From the NCBI GenBank assembly GCA_904063045.1, contig CAJFCJ010000027.1:310001-374000 (forward strand): a DNA stretch of 64,000 bases, written 5' to 3'. This document shows positions 55,382 through 64,000 of this stretch, one piece after another. A model generated the notes under the pieces. That model was not told the origin of the DNA. It was given only the letters and a program-made list of their open reading frames with translations, and did no database searches. The position numbers and the translations under genes are program-made. This DNA comes from Dimorphilus gyrociliatus. Lineage: Eukaryota > Animalia > Annelida. How positions within the stretch are numbered: position 1 is the stretch's first letter; each line of letters starts with the position of its first letter.

Positions 55382-56739
55382 TAGTAAAATATGTACAGAA
55401 TGTAATCAGTTACCTTTCTTAGATACAATCAGAAAATTGTGGAACAGGCCTAAATACGAAAAATGTTGTGGAATAAACAAGGTTGGTAGGTCTTTTTGCT
55501 ATTCAAAAAATGGCTTGAAAGTATAATCTTGCAAAGGTACAAGTATACACATGATATACTTTCTATGAATAAGCAATATAAATTTATATATACTGTATAT
55601 ATATATACGGTATATATTCCATATATAAGAATATAATTATCTTTTACAATCCAGGCCTCGTTTGTCAAAATGTTTCACTTATTAACAATTTTAACACATA
55701 GAATACTCTCTAAAAATTCTAACATGCAAAATAGAATTGTACAAAAGGTCATCATTACCACAGATACATGACACAATACTCAATTGTTATAAAATAGCTG
55801 ATTATAGGATTAATGGCTACGTTATTTATAAGTCTGTATTATATTTTGTTCAAGCCATAAATTGAACCGATTTTGGGAAAAGTATAATTTAAATATTGTA
55901 TATTTTATATTTAAGAAAGGTAATTTATCACCAGAAGAGAAATCTTCACATTTATCGGTTAGTTTTGCGTATAGAATACTTGCATTAGAATTATTCTTTT
56001 TACTGCAAAGACGCGATCTATTCTAACGACCCTCAAACATTCCTGATTGTACAAAGCTGATATAGGTTTCAGTAAACTGTTTAGTCATGTCCCAGAGAGA
56101 ATTAATTAACTCTGTAAATCTGGTACTAAAAGAACAACTATTTATACTTTAGAATGTACAGTTTACACAGAATACTGTATAGTAATTATAACAAATTTGT
56201 TATACATGTTATATAATCCTCTCTTTTTCCGTTGAAATATCATTTGAAGTAAGTCGAGGCATCATTTGCTTTATCACATCCGATTCCAAATAGGTTATTT
56301 TATTATCAATTGCCTACTGTAGAATACTTAATTTTAATTTGTCTACATATTTGTCTGTATAAATATGCTTTATTCAATACTTTACCTTGTAATTTTAATG
56401 CAAATGTCAGGTAAAATCGTCTTACATAATAATTATGTACAACGATATATATTATGTTTACTTGTAGTCTATAATATAATTGTTTACCTATCCTAGAAGA
56501 AATGATAATTTTAAGAATAGGAAGGGAATTATGCATGATTACGTAAGAATTAAATACAAAAAGAATATTGTTTACGTCAAAATGTTAAGGTAACACTTTC
56601 TTTTTATGACATACTTCTATTCTTACTGAATAATTTATTAGTACAGTTCTATTATTACTATCGTTATCATTATTATTACTTTTAATACTGTTTCTAATAC
56701 TGTATAAATATACTAAAATAATTATATTTTAATGAATAA

Positions 56740-57407
56740 GGTAGGAAAAACCTTGGTAATACTAATGATAAAGTCACGGTTGTTGATACAAATTACAACA
56801 CGCAAATAAATACACCAGGTGTTGATGATAATAGATCTGGAATGGTAGCTCTTTTAGAAACTGTAGCAGTTTCTTTTTTAGTAAAACACTATGTAAAAAT
56901 ATTTGTAACATCATTCTAGTTGCCTTCAATTATAAAAAACTTGTCATTTTTCAATAGTTATCGTACCATTTTAAAGTCAATTTATATTATTCTATCATTA
57001 CTAAGATAGTTTGGTTGATAGTTCAAACTTTATCTATAAATGGTCTTGTACAAGTACGTGAAATTATGAATATGTATAATTTAACACTGCAATTTCTCTT
57101 GTTCATGAGACGATTATTAATTCTGGCAATCCATCTAATTCAGCATAGTTTTATAGACAGTTTCAGTATAACAGCGTCCAAGAGACTCGAATAATTAAAA
57201 TTCAAATAATAGAAAGTATATATTTTAGGGAATAGCTAAGGCTCTTTTGCAGATTGAAAAACCAGATAGAAAAGAGATCCTTTGAGATTTCAACTATACT
57301 AATAATTTATTTAATAAATATACTGTATTTCTTTTAAATGCGTTTAAGGTACATTATATAAATTTCCATTTTATTCCAGTTTCACTACTTTAACAATAGA
57401 TGGCGTA
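56740..57407 (+). pseudogene. Decayed tandem copy of the M28 peptidase gene
   Basis: GRKNLGNTNDKVTVVDTNYNTQINTPGVDDNRSGMVALLE aligns to GENYGKASDEVLVVGAHYDSQKNTPGVDDNGSGMAALLE. The HYD ligand motif has become NYN, followed by a frameshift. Further remnants are GLVQV..IMN (about 57041) and SGNPS (about 57122), plus a homologous 3-prime flank ending AACAATAGATGGCGTA. Confidence 0.85.
57394..57407 (+). promoter_or_regulatory. CTCF-like motif (duplicated with the M28 locus)
   Basis: CAATAGATGGCGTA, identical to 60473-60486. Confidence 0.45.
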
Positions 57408-58764
57408 ATATTTTAAATAAGGAAGATTTATTAGCAATAAGAAAGTGACATCTATGTAAATGGCTTTAAAATGAAAATATTTTATTATCTTAAGAAAAAT
57501 TAATGATTAATACTTTTTACAATTTATATTTTTTAAGAGGTCAATCTTTCTTTCTCTGTACATACATTCCCTATGTGACAAATGTATACAAAATTCTGTA
57601 TTTAAACACACAGGCCTATACAATGTAACTAACCTTGCTTATACAACTTGTAAAAAAATTAAAAGTACGATTAGGTGGGAGAATCGGTGGGGTTCGCAGA
57701 CTAAGGCCAGGAAAGTATCAATACAGATGACCTAGTTTCCCAATATATTCAAGCCCTTTCCTCAAATAAAGAATAAAAGAAAAAGTGTAAACAGTCAATC
57801 TTGTTTTCATCAAAATATGCTATGTTATTGAAAAGTTACGAGTTAAATTGATGTTAATGGTTATTGGAATATTTCATTAGTATTATTATACTTGCTATTG
57901 TAAGCAGAAGAACATGATAAAAGAGAAGAAAGTCGTGATTCCGACTCTCATAGAAAGCTACAAATACTCAAGTTCCAAAGCTATAGGTTTATAGATTAAA
58001 AATGCATTTATGCTGCAAATATCGCATTTGTCAAGATTTAGTTATGAGAAAAGATTCAGCTTTCACGGTTCTGTTAACTGGGTATGTTATTGATATGGTC
58101 AGAGGCAAGAAGAGGCATTCATAACTAGGCAATACAGAAATTTAAAAAAGAGCTTTCTTTAAAGGATGACTAAGTTAGTATTGATAAAGCTAAAAAAGTA
58201 AAAGCAACAGGCAAGGTAGATATTCTGTCTGAATTCAACTAAAATCATGTTAGACCTCATTTGTCATAATGATGGGTTTAGTAACAACTTTAAATACACA
58301 ATAATCTATTATAATATAAGAAAATTTGTAGCCAAAAGGAAAAAATCTTATCATTTCTTGGCTGTTGGCACCATATGGGTCACTGGTATTAGGATCATTT
58401 TATTTCCCACAGAGAATAGAGACAAGAACTATGCTAACGATCATCAAACATTCTGATTGCACAAGGCCTCACAAAATGTTTCATTAAAATTATTTAGTCA
58501 CGTCCTATATTTACTCAACTAGCTATTATCTAAAATTAGAAAGACAGTAGGGAAGAAAAAACTTGTACACGATATTATGTACAGAGTATACGCTGTTGCT
58601 TTATATTGTATACAGTCTATAATAAAAATACAATACTACGTAACGATTTTACATAGACATCAAGTGCAATATGCAAATAGTTCTTTAGAAATCAGATATT
58701 TTCAAGGTGACATTTTTACTACACAACTGACTAGGTGACTGACTGCACAACAGTCTGCGTCAAT

Positions 58765-60376
58765 ATGAGAGGTACAACTGTTATTCTCCTGCTTATTGAA
58801 ATTACTTTCATAGCGTTTTTAACACAAATATCAGGTAAGTTTTTTGGTGATGGCCATAAGACAATGTTTTTTCTCGTTTTCTCCTCTCTCTCTGTTTCTC
58901 TCTCTCTCTCTCTCTCTTATAATCCTCTTTTAATCACATTTCTAACAAACAGAAGGTAAGAAATTCGATGCCGAAATAAAAGAAGAAAATTTAGACTACT
59001 ATCTCAGGAATGTTTTTAATTTTACAAGAAGCTACGTATCTATCAGTAATAAGGAGATTGTACGAAGCTACATCCAAAATAAATTCGAGGATTTAAAATC
59101 AGAAAGAATATTGACTTTTACTCAAAACTTTACATATACATCTGGCGAAATTAAGGTGAATTTAATGAAACAATAATAAGTATATTTTCATTGAATAGAG
59201 TATTATATATATAATTTCTAGCTGTATTCTACATATTGTGCATTTAGGACACTGGTAAGAACTATGTTTTATTGATCAAAGGAGAAAACTATGGTAAAGC
59301 TAGTGATGAAGTTTTGGTTGTTGGTGCTCATTACGACTCACAAAAGAACACACCAGGTGTTGATGATAATGGATCTGGAATGGCAGCTCTTTTAGAAATG
59401 GCAACAGTTCTTAGTAAAACAGCGTGTAAGAATATTCATACCATTATTCTAGTTGCTTTCGATTATGAAGAATTTGTTAGTGTCTTAAAGATATTGTACC
59501 ATTTATTTAATACGTACTCATGCTATTTATATCATCAATAACAGGGTCTCGTTGGTAGTGAGAATTTTGTAGATCAATGGCTTTTACCTGAAATTTTAAA
59601 TAAGCATAATTCCACTCTACAAGTGGCTCTTATTCTTGAGACAATCATGAATTACAACGACACATCTAACTCGCAATCATTTCCCCCGAATTTTAATCAG
59701 ATGGCGCCAGATACTTACGCTCATTTAACGAGGAATGACTTTAAAGGTGATTTTTTAACCTTAATAGGCAGGATAGATGATAAATCACTAGCTATGGAAA
59801 TTATCGACGAGTACGATATAGACGGGATTATAAATTCTAATTGTTTGAATATAACAATTCCAATAAGCGGTAAGCCTTCTCTAGGACATCAGAACCTATT
59901 TGCAGATTTCTTTAGAAGTGACCATACGTCATTTTGGTTAAGAAACTTGAATGCATTATTCATAACTGATACAGGTTTACCCATTTATCTATAAATTAAT
60001 TTTATTGTTACCATATTGTTTATTTATTAATCTAGCAAACTTTAGAGGAATAATGGAATTATGTTATCATAATACGTGCGATAATGTCAATACGATGATA
60101 AATTCAAATAATCTAAAATTTCTCTTAAAGAATACCCGAGCCCTAACAAATTTCGTTTATTCCAAAACTTATGCAAATAAGGAATGCGATGGGAAGGATG
60201 GATCGGTAAAAATTTTAACTCTACTATTAATTTATATAGTTTTTTAATTCATCTTCCTGCATATTTCAAATATTTATCTTGTTTTTAAACAGAGCAACAG
60301 CACAAGAAATTTACAATCTACATTTATCATCTTGTTATCGTATTTTCTATATCACATTGCTGTAGGAAAACAATAG
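58765..60376 (+). CDS. M28-family zinc metallopeptidase (aminopeptidase-like), secreted and probably GPI-anchored, 6 exons, 394 aa
   Basis: Exons 58765-58834, 58953-59155, 59248-59475, 59545-59974, 60036-60205, 60293-60376 total 1185 nt. Signal peptide. Zinc/catalytic motifs GAHYD, GVDDNGSG, FDYEEFGLVGS, ILET, RSDH and CYH. Hydrophobic C-terminal tail after small residues (DGSSNS...FIILLSYFLYHIAV). Confidence 0.92.
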
Positions 60377-60472
60377 AAAATACCTTAATGACTATTTTTC
60401 GTTTTTTGAAATATATGCAAAGTGTAGTTTACCATTTACAGTTCTTATCTTTTCTCCGTTTTTCTACTTGAA

Positions 60473-60486
60473 CAATAGATGGCGTA
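60473..60486 (+). promoter_or_regulatory. CTCF-like motif
   Basis: CAATAGATGGCGTA, about 100 bp after the M28 stop codon. Confidence 0.45.
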
Positions 60487-63400
60487 TTAGTAACATAGTG
60501 ATTTATTTTTGTTAAAAAAGGTGGCGTCTCCAAAATAGAATTAGAAGAGAAAATTCTATAGTAAATTATAATCATACAATAATAATATATAGAAAGTATA
60601 GTCTGGTTAGGCAATTTGGTGTATGCTATGCATTTATTGAAATAGCAATTAGTTTTATTGATAAAAAAGAAAACGCTTTTTGCAGTATTTAAGTTATATA
60701 CATTTAGCAGTTTTTGTTTATTGTTTGATACATTTATTTAATTAATTGCAATATATGTACATAGTTAGGGCTGTAGGATGATAGGCAACGAGAAAAAATA
60801 TTATTATAATATCGATATATCTTAAAAATTGCTCTTTTGACTATCTATTTGTCGGGCATAGAGACATATTATGCATATGTATATATATACATATATATAT
60901 ATATACGCTCCCTCTCCCTCTCTTTCTCTCTCCTTCATTCCCTCTTTCTCTCTCTCTTTTTCATACACACAGACACACACTTTATCTGTTTTTTCTCTTT
61001 TCTTTTCTAAAATTTTTCTATTCTCAAGTTTTAGTTTTTGTTTATCTAGGAAAAAACAAGAGGAAATCCAGACACAAAACTTTAGATTTTGTATTTACGA
61101 TTAAGATCCTGTAGACTACTTTTTGAAGCTAATAATCCGAACCAGAAAGAGATTGATTTGTCGAAAGAAAACAGTAATCGCAATAAAACTTCTTTTCCAA
61201 CTTCCTCCTTAACTATTTTACATAGTAGAAGAATTTTTTCAAAGTATATAATAGTAAATAGAGAAAAGAGTACTTGATAGCCAAAGATTAACGTCTCCCT
61301 TATAGTAATCGTAATTACTGTAGTATTCTTTCACTTCAAACGAAAAGTGAAAATACATATTAACTATACTGTATTATATAGAGTCTTGTTGAACGAAAGA
61401 AGAGAGTATTACATACAGCGTGGAAGCGATTCTGCTTGTTATAAGAATTGTTGAATATTTCATCTTTGAATATCTACATCCAATAAGATTAACTTGTAGA
61501 TAAGATTAATTGTCTTAGATGTTCTAATTGAATTGTAAAAGTTATATATTAAACGTAGTAAACATAGTAAATTGCAGACAAATCAATAGTACTCATTAAC
61601 TCTAAATAGATTGCATATTTTATAATCGAAAAGTTGCTAATTGCAACTAATAGACTTGCCTTTTAATTCACTAATTAATTAATAGTTAATTCAGAGAAAT
61701 AATTTAGTTGAGAAACTAATTTAAAAAAACTATCAATTTTAATATTCGTTACAGCGTCTAATTATTAATAAGAAATAAATTGACTTGTAAGACATTTGAT
61801 CAATTAAATTAATTAGAATAAATTAAAAGAAAAGTTTTTATTGTTGAATAAATACATTTCTTGTTTTTTTTCTATTTTCTATTCGATTCCTTTCTAATTG
61901 TTACAGTAATTTTTTAACAAAAGTGATTGTATGAAATTTCATTGCCCTTAAGTAATCTAGTAGATTTATTTTCAGTTAATTTAAGTAAATATGCTAGAAT
62001 CATTAAATATCTCATAATCTGATCTTTCCTGTCAGGAATACGCCTATAGGGAATATAGTCGGAAAAAAAACCAATTTCTCTACTCCACAAAGGAGGTTAC
62101 CAAAACGTATTACTCAAAAAAGAAACCATTCTCTAGTTAATGTTATATAACGACGTAAATAATTCATACGCATCACATAAACAGTGATTAATAGGTATAG
62201 TTGATACAAAAGTACATCTTAACGAAAATGCAAAATAGACTGAAGCGATTAACATACAAATAAAATATAATAATAGAATAAGGAGCGTTCAAAAGATTGT
62301 TAAATGGTGTGAAGAATAGATATTAACTTATCTTTCAACAAAGGAATCATTAATATAATTCTAATTCCGATTTTAGTAGTTTGTACGTTAAAATAAGGGA
62401 CAATTTGCCCCTTTATATAAAATATATACTATATATATATATATATATATTCATATAACTATATAAGTAAATATTTACATATATACATATTGTATATGCA
62501 TATATACTGCTTATTGTATTCTAATGATTCTAGAGTAGAAATAAATGTCTATACATCTCTACCTGAACCTCTCTCTTATAAGTTATACTGTATAAGACAA
62601 CATAATTATATATTAACTTATAAAATATAAATGAGGTTAAGCGACTTCCAAGAGTAATAGTTTTTCTAATATATTAAAGAAAATAATCGATCGGCAGGTG
62701 TCTCTGCCTACACTGTTTGGTGCTTTTTTTTTCAAATATATATTCAAACAAGACGCATCTGCTACCAAGCTAAACCGATTTTCGTTTACGAGAAAACTTG
62801 TTGGTTTGTATAAAAATATACTATATAATCTTTTATTAGTAAAATTTATGTTTTCGTTTTCATTCTCTTTCCAAGTCAATATTTGTCATAGAATAGAAAC
62901 ATCCGCAATGATGTTCCTCCGTTTTGTTAATCTTATTGAAAGGCTTTTATTTATTCGTTTACAAATGCAATTATTGAAAAACTGTAAAAGTTTCAATGAA
63001 ATTTCTAAAATATAGGACATTTCGAAAGACAGAGACAATAAAAAATTTATTGCGAATAGATAATGAACAAGAGAGAAAGAAGAAGGAGAAGGAATGCAAA
63101 AGTTATTTACATGTAAAGATATAGGAAAAAAGGTGAAAATCTAAAGAAACTTTCTAATATATATCATTCTTATTAAGAAATTAAGAGGTAAAGTAGAAGA
63201 AATCTCTTTAAAAGAAGATAATTTTAAAAGCTTTTTACTACTAACAAACACTATTATTTTCATTTAAAAAAGTAGAGAGAAAAAAAAATCATTGATTTAA
63301 TTAACAGACTTTCTTAGACGATCTGCGTGACAGGTTTTCGTCTATATCTCATTAACACTTTACTTGTTTCTTGCTGCTTTACTTAGTACAACTCTCTTTC

Positions 63401-64000
63401 TCAAATTCCCTTCTTTACTGGAAAATATATAAAAGAAACAATTGTTCTTTATTAAAAACTAATTAACATAGCGACCTTCTCAAAAAAAGAATGTCAAACT
63501 TATTACATAGTTAAATTATAGTGTTACAATGTAATAGTTTTCGCATTTAATTTCTCAATTTGACCTATGTATTATTCATCATTTGATTTCCTGCTAATAT
63601 ATGTATATATTCACCTAGATTAGGAACAATTATTTGGATAAGATTTGAACAAGCTACCAATTAATTTAAATACTGATAAGTAAGCTTTTCCCCCTCAGAT
63701 ATGTTTATTTTCTTCCAATCCTGTTTGTTTTCAACAGAGATAAATTGAGACTCCTAGAAAAAAAACCATTTAAATTCCTACTTTCTTTTTTCTTTTTATA
63801 CTATCCCTTGTATCTTTCTCTCTGTCTGTCGATTTCTTTTTCAATCAATCCTTAGTTCGTTTTTCACAATCCTCTTCTTTAACACTAAAGTATTTCGCAT
63901 ACTTTTTTTTAAGCATGTGTACTGTTTTACCCTTCCCCCTTTTATACACTTATTTAATTATCTCTTAGTTGTTAATTCTTACAATAAGAAAAAACATTTT

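Noticed and set aside
57670-58460. GGTTCG B-box-like segment and a KVKATGKVDILSEF fragment resembling a LINE motif
   Set aside because: There is no cloverleaf or A-box, and no further RT motifs could be traced. It is too weak to call a tRNA, SINE or LINE.
61045-63015. Track ORFs 61089-61277, 62637-62879 and 62698-63015
   Set aside because: They have low-complexity AT-rich composition, no recognisable motif, and all frames close shortly after the nearby acceptor.

Overview
This is AT-rich animal genomic DNA (GC roughly 25-30% by eye). It is gene-dense, with very short GT-AG introns (mostly 55-85 bp). Gene content looks lophotrochozoan, and the architecture fits a miniaturised annelid genome such as Dimorphilus (inference only). 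I assembled spliced models by hand and checked each for frame. They are: a whirlin/PDZD7-like coding exon running off the left edge; two distant paralogues of an uncharacterised 5-TM membrane protein; an 8-Cys insulin-like peptide; cathepsin A; a peptide-type class A GPCR; a basic coiled-coil orphan; a fucosyltransferase-like GT-B enzyme; a Spot14/MID1IP1 protein; FBXO31-like plus a truncated tandem copy; a GCKIII kinase (STK24/25/26); a 162-aa orphan with twin Akt/14-3-3 motifs; two small 2-exon orphans; complexin; and a probably GPI-anchored M28 peptidase with a decayed upstream copy. A heavily deleted BEL/Pao LTR retrotransposon lies at 44.4-46.6 kb. I found no tRNA, rRNA, CRISPR or prokaryotic system. 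The most interesting signals are: (1) 17 exact TATA-C[A/T]G-TATA motifs that look like Tc1/mariner excision footprints; (2) nine CTCF-core-like motifs, eight of them outside coding exons; (3) the orphan 5-TM family; (4) a candidate non-CAAX alternative last exon of complexin; (5) the twin 14-3-3 motif orphan.
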